Below are positions 1 to 8,862 of a stretch of 32,853 nucleotides of DNA, one piece after another (the first letter of the stretch is position 1; the number at the start of each line of letters is the position of its first letter). The stretch is taken from positions 1-32,853 of the forward strand of contig JAZDLJ010000064.1 of NCBI GenBank assembly GCA_043802115.1, given 5' to 3'. The translations under genes and the position numbers were made by a program. The stretch comes from a bacterium (GTDB lineage: Bacteria; SZUA-182; JAZDLJ01). A model generated the notes under the pieces. It was given only the letters and a program-made list of their open reading frames with translations, searched no databases and was not told the DNA's origin.

Positions 1-194
1 GATGAGATTAGAACATTTTGTTGAGCGCCATAGGGAGACTTTTTGTAAATTTTTTTAGTGAGGCTTTGCGTTAAAAATTGCCATTGTTTGAGCGTAGCGA
101 GTTTTGGCAATTTAGGAAAGCGAGCTTAGAAAATTCAAAAAGGCTGCCCGTTAAGCGAAACAAAGATGTCCTAATTTTATCAAATAAATTGTAA

Positions 195-722
195 TTATTT
201 TTCTGAAAATCTATAATTATCGTTAATTGCCCCTAGAACCTCATCAACAAGTTCAACTAATTCCTTATTATCTGTATCAATAACATAATCAGCATATTTT
301 TTATATAAAGGAGTTCTTTCTTTTAAAACCTCTTCGACCTCTTCAACAAAAGATTTTCTACCTGTTAAAGAAGGTCTTTGATTATTATTCTGAATTCTTT
401 TCATAATAGTTGTTATGTCTGCCTTCAACCAGATGACAAAAGCATCTTTTTTAAGGGAAAGCGCATTTTTTTCACGTAAGATTGCCCCTCCGCCAGTATC
501 AATAAAACAATTTTTTTTATCCTTAAGATCAAAGGCTACCTCAGCTTCTACATTTCTAAAAAATTCCCACCCAAATTCTTCAATAATGGCTGGAATTGAA
601 CGACCAAGTTTTTTAACAATCTCGTCATCCATGGAGATAAGATCAAGCTTGAGTCTTTCTGCCACCAATTTAGCCAGGCTTGTCTTTCCCGTACCTCTAT
701 AACCGATTAAAACTAATTTCAT
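195..722 (-). CDS. aroK: Shikimate kinase
   Basis: ORF 195..776. The P-loop GYRGTGKTS follows an internal Met (MKLVLIGYRGTGKTSLAK), IDTGGG is present, and the size fits. I place the start at ATG 722..720: the 18 upstream codons lie inside aroE, and this ATG overlaps the aroE TAA by 1 nt (TAATG). Confidence 0.85.
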   Translation of the reverse strand: MKLVLIGYRGTGKTSLAKLVAERLKLDLISMDDEIVKKLGRSIPAIIEEFGWEFFRNVEAEVAFDLKDKKNCFIDTGGGAILREKNALSLKKDAFVIWLKADITTIMKRIQNNNQRPSLTGRKSFVEEVEEVLKERTPLYKKYADYVIDTDNKELVELVDEVLGAINDNYRFSEK

Positions 723-1582
723 TATTTTAAAATCGCTTCTCTCATAACGTTCACAGGCGCCTTTTGATTTGTCCAAAGCTCGAATTGAAGAGCTGCCTGA
801 TTTATAAACATCTCTAGTCCAGGGATAATCTTACAACCAATTTCTTCGGCCTCTTTTAATAATCTTGTCTTTAGCGGGTTATAAATAATATCCATAACAG
901 TGAGGTCTCTATGAAGATAGCTTTTATCAATAGGGGAATCATTAAAATTTGGATACATCCCTACTGGTGAACAATTTATTAATATGTCAGCATTATCAAT
1001 TTCCCTTTTCATGGTCATCTCGGAGAGACAATCACCTGTAATTGAATCAAAATGGGTTCGAGCGCTGATATCTGATGTTAACTTTTCTAGTTCTAATACC
1101 TCCACACCTAAAATACTCATAGAATTGAGCGCTGTTTTCATTGCTATAGTAAAGGCAACAGCCCTTGCTGCACCACCAGAACCTAGGATCAGAATCTTTT
1201 TATTATCCAGCGTTACACCAGCGGATTCAATAGCCTTTAAGGCCCCAAGCCCATCTGTGCAATAACCTTTTACTTTACCCTGAGCAGAGTACAATGTATT
1301 AACTGAGCCTATATTCTGAGCGATATCGTCTATTTCATCAAGATAGTTTATTACCTGAACCTTATGAGGAATGGTCACACTCAGACCTACCATATTCTCC
1401 AACGAACGCATCCCCATGATTGCCCCAGCAATGTTTTCTACCCTGAAGGCAAGATAGACATAGTTTAGATTTAAAGATTTAAAGGCAGCATTATGAATTA
1501 AAGGGGATAACGAATGTTCTATCGGATTGCCTATTACAGCGCAAAGTTTTGTATTGGCGTTAAATTCTTTGAGGGATGTCAT
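722..1582 (-). CDS. aroE: Shikimate 5-dehydrogenase
   Basis: 286 aa. N-terminal SLSPLIHNAAF motif, GSGGAARAVAF dinucleotide-binding loop, typical AroE length, coupled to aroK. Confidence 0.9.
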   Translation of the reverse strand: MTSLKEFNANTKLCAVIGNPIEHSLSPLIHNAAFKSLNLNYVYLAFRVENIAGAIMGMRSLENMVGLSVTIPHKVQVINYLDEIDDIAQNIGSVNTLYSAQGKVKGYCTDGLGALKAIESAGVTLDNKKILILGSGGAARAVAFTIAMKTALNSMSILGVEVLELEKLTSDISARTHFDSITGDCLSEMTMKREIDNADILINCSPVGMYPNFNDSPIDKSYLHRDLTVMDIIYNPLKTRLLKEAEEIGCKIIPGLEMFINQAALQFELWTNQKAPVNVMREAILK

Positions 1583-1645
1583 ATTAGTTTATCTTTCTTC
1601 ATAGAGCTCTACTATGGCCTTTATCCCTAATTATGTAAATCATGG

Positions 1646-2032
1646 TCATTCGCATTCAATTGTATTATTTGAGAAGTTAATAATTGCTTTAGCTCTTTTC
1701 AAAAAATTAAGTCCAAGAAGTCCCTCAACCGGACTTGGGGACGGGAGATTATGGCAAACTACCTCCATATCTTTAATTTCAATGCCCAGCGCCTTAAACA
1801 CAGGAAGAGTAATAATAAATACATATTCAATACTACTTCCCATAGTTATTTCGATCCTACGCTTAGAAATGAACGGATCTTGACCAACAGCAACAGCTGA
1901 TTCAACAGGGATAATAGTAAATATAGCCCCTGTATCAATAGCCATCTTAAGAGAAAGTTCTATCTTAGGACTAACAATTTGACCATGACAAATAATAATA
2001 CTGTGGTTAGGATTAAAAGTAAATTTAGGCAT
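1646..2032 (-). CDS. Retropepsin-like (clan AA) aspartic protease, 128 aa
   Basis: Catalytic AIDTGA motif and C-terminal EGLLGLNFL motif, as in small bacterial retropepsin-like proteases. ATG 2032 lies 3 nt after the stop of the upstream small gene and has no SD of its own. Confidence 0.8.
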   Translation of the reverse strand: MPKFTFNPNHSIIICHGQIVSPKIELSLKMAIDTGAIFTIIPVESAVAVGQDPFISKRRIEITMGSSIEYVFIITLPVFKALGIEIKDMEVVCHNLPSPSPVEGLLGLNFLKRAKAIINFSNNTIECE

Positions 2033-2035
2033 AGT

Positions 2036-2272
2036 CTAAAAGGCGGCAGCATAACCTTCAGGAAAAGAATCTTCGGAGAATTCAACCAATATTTTTTTTC
2101 TCTTAAAATTTTTTTTAGTTAACATTTTATATATCTCATCTCGGTGTGGACTATGGGCAATAAGTTCTCCAGAAATAGGAGTTGTACTGTTTTCATCGAT
2201 CTCATTTACAAGAATAAGTAACCATTCCCGATGGAAGTGCTTTTTAATAGTCTCAATTTTTTCAGAAGCCAT
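2036..2272 (-). CDS. Small DUF5678-like protein, 78 aa
   Basis: ORF 2036..2326. Start placed at ATG 2272, preceded by AAAGAGGTGAT. Shares an EWLLI...G-hydrophobic-hydrophobic-A-H/R-HS...DE core (GELIAHSPHRDEIY here, GIVARHSIEKDEVF in ORF 11200..11415). The family name is from memory and needs an HMM check. Confidence 0.6.
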   Translation of the reverse strand: MASEKIETIKKHFHREWLLILVNEIDENSTTPISGELIAHSPHRDEIYKMLTKKNFKRKKILVEFSEDSFPEGYAAAF

Positions 2273-2333
2273 TTTAATCACCTCTTTTTGGTGCGTTGGT
2301 TCAGTGCCTTCATCTGGGCAGTACACGATAAAT

Positions 2334-2597
2334 CCTGGTTATAACGGATTTAGGGGAGGCAATTAATTTGTATCTTCTCGAAATTTTTTAAGTTGTTAGC
2401 CCTGAAAGGGCGAAATAAATTAAGCGGGGTGAAATTCCTTACCTTTTTTATTTCGCCCTTTCAGGGCTTGACAATTGAGATGATATCACACCCAGGGCGT
2501 TGCCCTGGGCTGATACATAACGCCCTTTCAGGGCTAAAACAAAACCTGATTATATCGGATTTAGGAAAACTGCTCCCCTAAATCCGATATAATCAGG
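2334..2597. mobile_element. 264-bp MITE-like element with 21-bp terminal inverted repeats and internal nested hairpins
   Basis: Left end cctggttataacggatttagg (2334-2354) matches the reverse complement of 2577-2597 at 19/21. ATAAAT flanks both sides (2328-2333 and 2598-2603). Internal features: a 20-bp inverted repeat gccctgaaagggcgaaataa (2398-2417 / 2449-2468), hairpin cccagggcgttgccctggg (2491-2509), a third cgccctttcagggc copy (2521-2534), and an extra TIR copy at 2545-2565 that forms a perfect 21-bp hairpin with 2577-2597. Confidence 0.7.
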
Positions 2598-2703
2598 ATA
2601 AATCTTATGTACTTCGAGAGAGACTTGATACTCTAAGTTATCAATGCAGATAGCAAACCTGAAACCATAATTTTTATCTTTCTCAATAACCTTACTTAAC
2701 CTC

Positions 2704-2769
2704 CCAAAAAATCAAGACTTGCAACGGATATAAAATAAAAAAGCTATTTTATATCCGTTGCAAGTCTTT
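2704..2769 (-). terminator. Rho-independent terminator of the HD-GYP regulator gene
   Basis: Perfect 24-bp stem (2714-2737 / 2746-2769) with an 8-nt loop, followed on the minus strand by a T-run (GATTTTTTG). The upstream arm includes the last codons and the stop of CDS 2749..4242. Confidence 0.8.
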
Positions 2770-4242
2770 AGCCAATATATCTTCAATGTTTTTCATAATC
2801 TCCATCTTTAATGGCTGGGTTTCTTGAGGATTAACTAGATATTTAACAACCTGAAATTTATTAATAAACTGGGTATAATTTTTAATATCCACGGCGCTAT
2901 TGAAAACTACCTTAGTTACAGGAAACCTATCTTCGATTATCTTGTCCACCATTTCCTGATTAATCACCTCTGAGACCTCTTGGAAGATTAAGGTTAAAAG
3001 TACCTTTGTCCCGTTTTCCAATATATTTAAGGCCTCATCAATATTATTTACAAATTCTACCGTAAATTCATCTCTTAAATCAACCTTTAATTTTTTCATA
3101 GCTGCGGTCTCTTCACCAATGCAAAGGATGGTATAATCCTTATAATTAATGGGAGATTTAAAAGGTTTAAATCTTTCTTTATTTTTTTGATAATATTCAC
3201 AAAAGGCATCTACTACCTGAGGATCAAATTGTGTCCCTTTACACCTAAGAAGCTCCTCAATAGCCGCTTCGTGAGACCTTGCCCCTCTATACGCTCGTGG
3301 AGAGGTCATGGCATCATAGGCATCGGCAGTACCAACTATCCAGGAGGCTATATTATCAAAGCAATCCGCTACTCCTATTACCTGTGCCTCTTGAGAGATA
3401 GCCTCATTTTTTAAACCATCAGGATAACCTCTACCATCACAACGTTCGTGGTGATGCAAAACGATATCAATAATATTTTGTAACTGAGGAATTGGTTCTA
3501 ATATTTTAGCCCCTTCTGTGGGGTGTCTTTTAATTTCATTATACTCTTCATTGGTTAATTTACTCGGTTTTCTTAAAACCTCGTCCGAGACCCCAATCTT
3601 ACCAATATCATGAAGTAACCCCCCCATCTTAATTAAGACCTTCTGTTCCTCTGAGAAACCAAGGATTTCGGCAATACCAACAGAATATTCAGCTACCCGC
3701 TCTGAGTGACCATAGGTGTATCTATCTCTGGCATCCAAAGTCTTTGCTAAAGCGGTGATAGTTTGAACTACACTATTATTTAATTCCTCATATAATTGTT
3801 TATTCTTTGCAGCTTCCTTTGCAAGAGATATTTGTGTCTCTTCTAGTCTTTCGTCTATATGATATTTCTCAATAGCCTGTTTAATTATAGTTTCTATCTC
3901 ATTCATTGGGATATCTTTTTTAATATACCGATAGATATCCCCTGTATTTACTGCCTCAATAGCATCCCCAAGATTAGAATAGGCAGTAATCAGGATTCGG
4001 ACGATCTTAGGAGAGGTCTTTTTTATGCTATCCAAAAGTTCTACCCCGGACATACCTCCCATCTTCTGATCAGTTACTACTACAGCAACCCGATCTTTAT
4101 TTATAATATCCAGGGCTTCTATTCCGCTTGAGGCCGTAATCAAGGTATAATCCAAGGCAAAGGCAAAGATTAGATTTGTAAGGTTATGTAACTCATCATC
4201 CACAAGTAATATCTTGTACTTCTTGTAATCCAAGCCTTCCAT
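2749..4242 (-). CDS. Response regulator: REC + HD-GYP phosphodiesterase domain + C-terminal receiver-like domain lacking the acceptor Asp
   Basis: REC with VVVTDQKMGGMSG. HD-GYP signatures GHSERV, LLHDIGK, HHERCDGRGYPDGL. The C-terminal ~130 aa have a receiver-like pattern (ILCIGEE ... LLTLIFQEV) with Q where the phospho-Asp would be. SD AAGGGAGG precedes ATG 4242. Confidence 0.88.
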   Translation of the reverse strand: MEGLDYKKYKILLVDDELHNLTNLIFAFALDYTLITASSGIEALDIINKDRVAVVVTDQKMGGMSGVELLDSIKKTSPKIVRILITAYSNLGDAIEAVNTGDIYRYIKKDIPMNEIETIIKQAIEKYHIDERLEETQISLAKEAAKNKQLYEELNNSVVQTITALAKTLDARDRYTYGHSERVAEYSVGIAEILGFSEEQKVLIKMGGLLHDIGKIGVSDEVLRKPSKLTNEEYNEIKRHPTEGAKILEPIPQLQNIIDIVLHHHERCDGRGYPDGLKNEAISQEAQVIGVADCFDNIASWIVGTADAYDAMTSPRAYRGARSHEAAIEELLRCKGTQFDPQVVDAFCEYYQKNKERFKPFKSPINYKDYTILCIGEETAAMKKLKVDLRDEFTVEFVNNIDEALNILENGTKVLLTLIFQEVSEVINQEMVDKIIEDRFPVTKVVFNSAVDIKNYTQFINKFQVVKYLVNPQETQPLKMEIMKNIEDILAKDLQRI

Positions 4243-4264
4243 CGTCTACCTCCCTTTTTTACAT

Positions 4265-4310
4265 TTACAACTAACATAAAAGCAATCTTTCTATTTTATG
4301 TTAGTTGTAA
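4265..4310 (-). other. Intercistronic 17-bp perfect stem-loop between kinase and regulator genes
   Basis: ttacaactaacataaaa (4265-4281) pairs with ttttatgttagttgtaa (4294-4310), loop 12 nt. No T-run follows on the minus strand, so this is probably a processing or stability hairpin or a weak attenuator, not a full terminator. Confidence 0.5.
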
Positions 4311-4354
4311 GTGTCAGTTTTTTATAAATATTCAGTAAACCCCTTTAATAGACC

Positions 4355-7300
4355 TCAGCTTCTTACAGTTTCACCATACCCCATATTCCGCTCCCGAATT
4401 TCAGCAGGTAGTCTTACTTCCTCTCCCTCTACTTGCTTAACGGGTAAGGTAATAATAAATTCAGCCCCTTCTCCTTCCTTACTTTCTACCCTAATCTCTC
4501 CTTGATGCTCCTTGACTATCCTGTAACAGATACTTAATCCTAATCCTGTCCCTTGTGGTCCTTTAGTAGTAAAGAATGGATCAAATATCTTCTCTAGATT
4601 CTCCATTGCTATCCCAGGGCCATTATCTCTTATGGATATTGCTATCGTATCATCTGTCTGGCTAGTCTTAATCCAAACAGTTCCTTTATTTTTAATGGCC
4701 TGATAGGCATTAATCAGGATATTGGTTATGACTTGATTTATCTCCTCAATATTACAGGCAATCTTACTTAATTCATTATACTCCTTATTGATAAAAACCT
4801 TATCTTTAATCACAGGAGAAAGCATATTAAGGGCATTCTCAATCCCATGATTAATATCAAATTTATCTATCACGCTTTTTTCTTTACGCGAAAAGTCTAA
4901 CAAGGAATTTACTATAAAGAGGGCCTGTTCTACAGCATCATTATTAGTCTTGATAGCTGTCAGCATATTTTTATAGGTGTCCTTTGGATCAAGTTTGCCT
5001 TCAGAAAGCATAACCAGTCTCTTATCAATGCCAGCCAGACCCGCGCGTAGACAATACATCTTATTCTTTATCTCATGGGCAACCCCTGCGGCTAACTGGC
5101 CGACTGATTCCAATCTGGCTGTGCGAACTAACTGAACCTGCGCCTCTCTTAATTCCTGCAGGGCCTTCTTAAGTTCGTGATTGACTTTATTGAGCTGGGC
5201 TTGATATTCTCTGTTCATTATTAAAGAGTGGATGACCGCCTCTAGCTCCCTAGTATTATAGGGTTTTGGAAGATAATAATCTGCCCCTAGATTTAATCCA
5301 GCAATCTTATCTTTTTCATCAGTCCTTGCTGTTAAAAGGATAAAAGGAATATGACTCATCCTTTCATCCGTCTTTATCTTTTCACATAATTCCCATCCAT
5401 CCATCTCTGGCATCATCACATCCGAGACAATAATATCTGGCATCTTTTGATATACCTTTTCCAGCCCTTCTTTGCCATTATTGGCTATAGCAATATTATA
5501 CGATTTGGACAGACTATTTCCAACATGGTTGGCTAGCTGTTTATTGTCCTCGACTACTAAAATATTGTACATCTCTTCGTTTCCCCCTTCTTTTTCTTTA
5601 AATTCAATCTTATTATTTTGAGATATAATATCCGAATATTGGAGATGAAGACAATTAATAGTTATCTTGTCCTCAATATTATCCTTCCTGCGATCATCCA
5701 AACCCGTCCTTTGCTCAACAAAAGGTCCTTCTTTTTTTTCCCCTCCCTCCTTTTTAATATCATCTTGAATAATCTCTTCCTGGGTAAGATGCCCCTTACC
5801 CTTTAATAATCTTACCACAAAACTAGTTCCTTCACCGACCGTACTCTCAACAATTACATCTCCATGATGTAATTCTACAAACTGTTTTACGAGAAAGAGC
5901 CCAATCCCAGTCCCTTCGAACTTCCTGGAACTTGAGCTATCAACCTGATAAAATCTGGTAAAGAGATTTTTTATGTGCTCATCAGGGATACCTATCCCAT
6001 TATCGCTTACGCTAATCTCAATATAATCTTTTGCTTCCTTGGTAATTATCGCTATCTTACCTTTCTTATCCCCTTCACTCTTTGAAAATTTAAGGGCATT
6101 ACCTATTAAATTGGAAAAGACATTATTTATCTTTTTAAAATCTACATATACTGATGATAAGCATGGATCAGGCAAAAAGTCTATCTCTATTTCATCATTT
6201 TTAGCAGAAGGCGAAACCAAGGTAATACTTTCTTCCAATAAACTATTTATATCTATTAATTCCGCCTGTATCTTCATCTTACCAGATTCAAGTTTTGAGA
6301 TATCCAACAATTCATTAACAAGTTTTAATAATATATAGGCATTTCCCAGCAAAACCTGCTTTTCCTCTTTATTCTCAGGGGTAATCTTATCGCCTATCCT
6401 ATCTAATACACCTTGGATTGTTGAAATAATAATAGTAAGTGGGGTACGGAGTCCATGGCTTACATTAGCAAAGAGTTCTGATTTCGCTTTTTCCAATTCT
6501 TTTAGTTTTTCCGTCTCCATTGCTGCTATGGCTAATTGGGAGCCTTTAAAGACCATGGCTGTATTTTCACAAAATTTCTGTAAGGCGTTTATTTCCTCTG
6601 GTTGATAAAAACCTTCTTTTTTATCTCCCAAGGCTAATATTCCCATCAACTCATCTTTATAATAGCAAGGTAAAAGATAGACAACATCTACTTTAATTAT
6701 TTCATCCCTGAGGTTTATTAGCTCTTCTTTGAATTCCTTAAATTTTTCTTTCCTTGAGACCTTGTCTATGAGAAAGTCAAGGGCATCTTTCCTTAGGAGT
6801 GGATTTTTTTTGTTTATTGCTAACCCTTTTTCAGCTAATTGATTTTTAGTCTGGGTAAACCATTTTACAATAGGGTTTTCTTGAGCCAATTTTATGTTAG
6901 TTAAGCGTTTATCCGAATGTTTATCCGATAGCCTGGGACACTTATTTTTACCATGATGGATAGTAAAATGATTATCTTTTTTTAAGATATAAAAGACGTG
7001 TCTCAACCTTTGCTGCATTACAATTTCGTAGAAATTTGCAACATGATTAGGAATTGATTCTGCTAATTCAAGGGCATTCTCAAACCCCTTTTCAACGATC
7101 TCCCTGCTTGTCTCGGTGAGGATTTGCAGTTGGCTGGTGTAATCGCCGAAGAAGGTGTAATAGGCCTTTCGTTCTAGTTTGAGGTAGACAAAAGGGGTGA
7201 TGGTTGCCAGGGCTGCATAGGCCATTATGCTGAGGGGGACTCCCCAGGGGAAGGACTGATATACAGAATGATATAGAGAGTGGAGGTTTTCTCCATAAAA

Positions 7301-8056
7301 AAAGAATAAGACAAAAGGGAGACCGAAGGTGAAGCCGTAGACCAGGGTGAAGATGGCGGTGCGGGTGATGACGATTTTGATGTCAAGGAGCTCATGTTTG
7401 ATGATTGCGTAGGCGATGATTACAGGATAAATGGCAATTAAAAAGTTAGAATATGGATAAATATTAACTCCCAATGTAAGTAAATAATTTCCACATCCAC
7501 CAATCCATGCAATTGATGCACCTAATAAAAAATATTTTAATTGTTCACGCTGTAATCCTTTTGCATTTCTAAAATGTACTATTAAAAGAATATAAGAATA
7601 TGAAAGTAATATTATACAGAAACCAATGTAGTAACAAAGAAATAAAAATGTACAAGATACCCAAAAAAATTGATTAAACACAAACTTCAATTCACCTAAA
7701 AAAAACTCCTTTATTAAAATATTAATTAAAACAAATAAGATAGCGGTAGTGTAAACGATCAGCAATAACAAATTTTTTTTTAACTTAAGAACAGAACAAA
7801 TGAAATGGAAAAACAATGGCGGTATAAAAACAATTCCTATATACCCAATCTGCCACAAAAGATAGGCTTGCTTTTTCGATGTAGTTAGAGATATTTTAAA
7901 ACCAGTAATTCCCCAAATAAATAATGCAATACAAAGTAGTCCCCATATTATACTAACCTTTTTGCCTTTTCCTTTTATCAATAGGAAAACCATCATTGCA
8001 AATGTAGATATTATAATTAATAAAGAAGAAAAACTGAGTGCATTCATATTTTTCAA
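4355..8056 (-). CDS. Hybrid sensor histidine kinase: multi-TM N-terminus, GAF-like region, HisKA/HATPase, REC, second HisKA-like/HATPase
   Basis: About 300 aa of hydrophobic helices. First H-box SHGLRTPL with N/G boxes (GNALKFS, DNGIGIP, GTGIGL). REC with IIVSDVMMPEMDG ... KP. Second H-box AHEIKNKM with NILINAYQAI, DNGPGI, GTGLGL. Confidence 0.9.
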   Translation of the reverse strand: MKNMNALSFSSLLIIISTFAMMVFLLIKGKGKKVSIIWGLLCIALFIWGITGFKISLTTSKKQAYLLWQIGYIGIVFIPPLFFHFICSVLKLKKNLLLLIVYTTAILFVLINILIKEFFLGELKFVFNQFFWVSCTFLFLCYYIGFCIILLSYSYILLIVHFRNAKGLQREQLKYFLLGASIAWIGGCGNYLLTLGVNIYPYSNFLIAIYPVIIAYAIIKHELLDIKIVITRTAIFTLVYGFTFGLPFVLFFFYGENLHSLYHSVYQSFPWGVPLSIMAYAALATITPFVYLKLERKAYYTFFGDYTSQLQILTETSREIVEKGFENALELAESIPNHVANFYEIVMQQRLRHVFYILKKDNHFTIHHGKNKCPRLSDKHSDKRLTNIKLAQENPIVKWFTQTKNQLAEKGLAINKKNPLLRKDALDFLIDKVSRKEKFKEFKEELINLRDEIIKVDVVYLLPCYYKDELMGILALGDKKEGFYQPEEINALQKFCENTAMVFKGSQLAIAAMETEKLKELEKAKSELFANVSHGLRTPLTIIISTIQGVLDRIGDKITPENKEEKQVLLGNAYILLKLVNELLDISKLESGKMKIQAELIDINSLLEESITLVSPSAKNDEIEIDFLPDPCLSSVYVDFKKINNVFSNLIGNALKFSKSEGDKKGKIAIITKEAKDYIEISVSDNGIGIPDEHIKNLFTRFYQVDSSSSRKFEGTGIGLFLVKQFVELHHGDVIVESTVGEGTSFVVRLLKGKGHLTQEEIIQDDIKKEGGEKKEGPFVEQRTGLDDRRKDNIEDKITINCLHLQYSDIISQNNKIEFKEKEGGNEEMYNILVVEDNKQLANHVGNSLSKSYNIAIANNGKEGLEKVYQKMPDIIVSDVMMPEMDGWELCEKIKTDERMSHIPFILLTARTDEKDKIAGLNLGADYYLPKPYNTRELEAVIHSLIMNREYQAQLNKVNHELKKALQELREAQVQLVRTARLESVGQLAAGVAHEIKNKMYCLRAGLAGIDKRLVMLSEGKLDPKDTYKNMLTAIKTNNDAVEQALFIVNSLLDFSRKEKSVIDKFDINHGIENALNMLSPVIKDKVFINKEYNELSKIACNIEEINQVITNILINAYQAIKNKGTVWIKTSQTDDTIAISIRDNGPGIAMENLEKIFDPFFTTKGPQGTGLGLSICYRIVKEHQGEIRVESKEGEGAEFIITLPVKQVEGEEVRLPAEIRERNMGYGETVRS

Positions 8057-8363
8057 TGATTTTTAATTTATATTTGTTGCGAAAATAGTTCGACAGGCTG
8101 TTACGGAATGCAAATTTTTAAAAATACCCCTCAATAAAATCAATTAGTTAAAAATAAAGAGAGAGCAAAAAAAATGGTATTCCGCAACAGTCTTTCGGAC
8201 CTGCACAACTAAAAATTACCTGTAAGGGCTCTGTCCAAATAATAAAGAGGGCAAAGGCAAACCTTGTCCCTACATTATTGTCATATCGCATAAGCACACT
8301 AAAAACGGAAAAAACAATATTTTTAAACAAAAGATGGTCAATTATTTGTTATCCATTAAGTTA

Positions 8364-8862
8364 TCAAGAACAAAGGGTAACTGTATCAATATTGTTTTTT
8401 ATGTTTAAAAATTGAAGTACTAACGTAGCTGTATACCTGCCACTAAAAGCAACAGAAGGAATACCACCTTGTCCCATTCCTAATGTTACCCAATGACCTG
8501 TAAGGTATAAGCCTTCTATAGAACTTCTTGCAGGAATCAAAAAAGAACTTAATTGTCGATTAGTAGATGTCCATCCAAACGCTGCCCCACCAGAATTTGA
8601 AGTATATTTGGAAAAAGTTACAGGAGTAGCTATTATTCTTTTACTTAATTGAAAAGTAATATGAGGGAGTACTTTTTGTAATTTTAGCATAATTTTATCA
8701 GCAAAAGTTTCTTTGTATGACTCCCAAAATTGTTCTGAATTATATGAAGCACTAGTTATTATTTCAAGGCAACCTTTTCCTTTTAGGTAAAAGGAAGGAA
8801 TAAAAGAGCATAAGAACCAACTTAATTTATTTTCTTCTATTTTAAAATGTGTAAGGTTATTA
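8364..8862 (-). pseudogene. C-terminal part of the same CrtI-family gene (frame shifted by one base)
   Basis: Track ORF 8364..8690 carries the family C-terminus GLYLTGHWVTLGMGQGGIPSVAFSG. My manual translation shows the frame is open from the T-run (8862) into this ORF if one T is removed. Confidence 0.75.

Noticed and set aside
1-170. Several short hairpin-like motifs with gagcg(t/c)agcgag-type loops (for example aaattgcca...gagcgtagcgag...tggcaattt at about 74-111) downstream of aroK.
   Set aside because: The pattern is real but short, and I could only define one clean stem. It is probably a REP-like element or a terminator. There is too little sequence at the window edge to say more.
195-776. 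Longest-ORF N-terminal extensions (195..776, 2036..2326, 16183..16452, 29022..29441).
   Set aside because: In each case the extension overlaps the upstream gene or a repeat. An internal ATG with a good SD, or a stop/start overlap, gives a protein that begins where family similarity begins.
2393-2581. 62-aa plus-strand ORF in the gap between the regulator and the DUF5678-like gene.
   Set aside because: It lies entirely within the nested inverted repeats of the 264-bp MITE, and its reading frame is a by-product of the palindromes.
8148-8330. 60-aa minus-strand ORF between the kinase and the CrtI-family gene.
   Set aside because: It has no motif and no SD, overlaps one arm of an inverted repeat, and has hydrophobic low-complexity composition. 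Probably non-coding.
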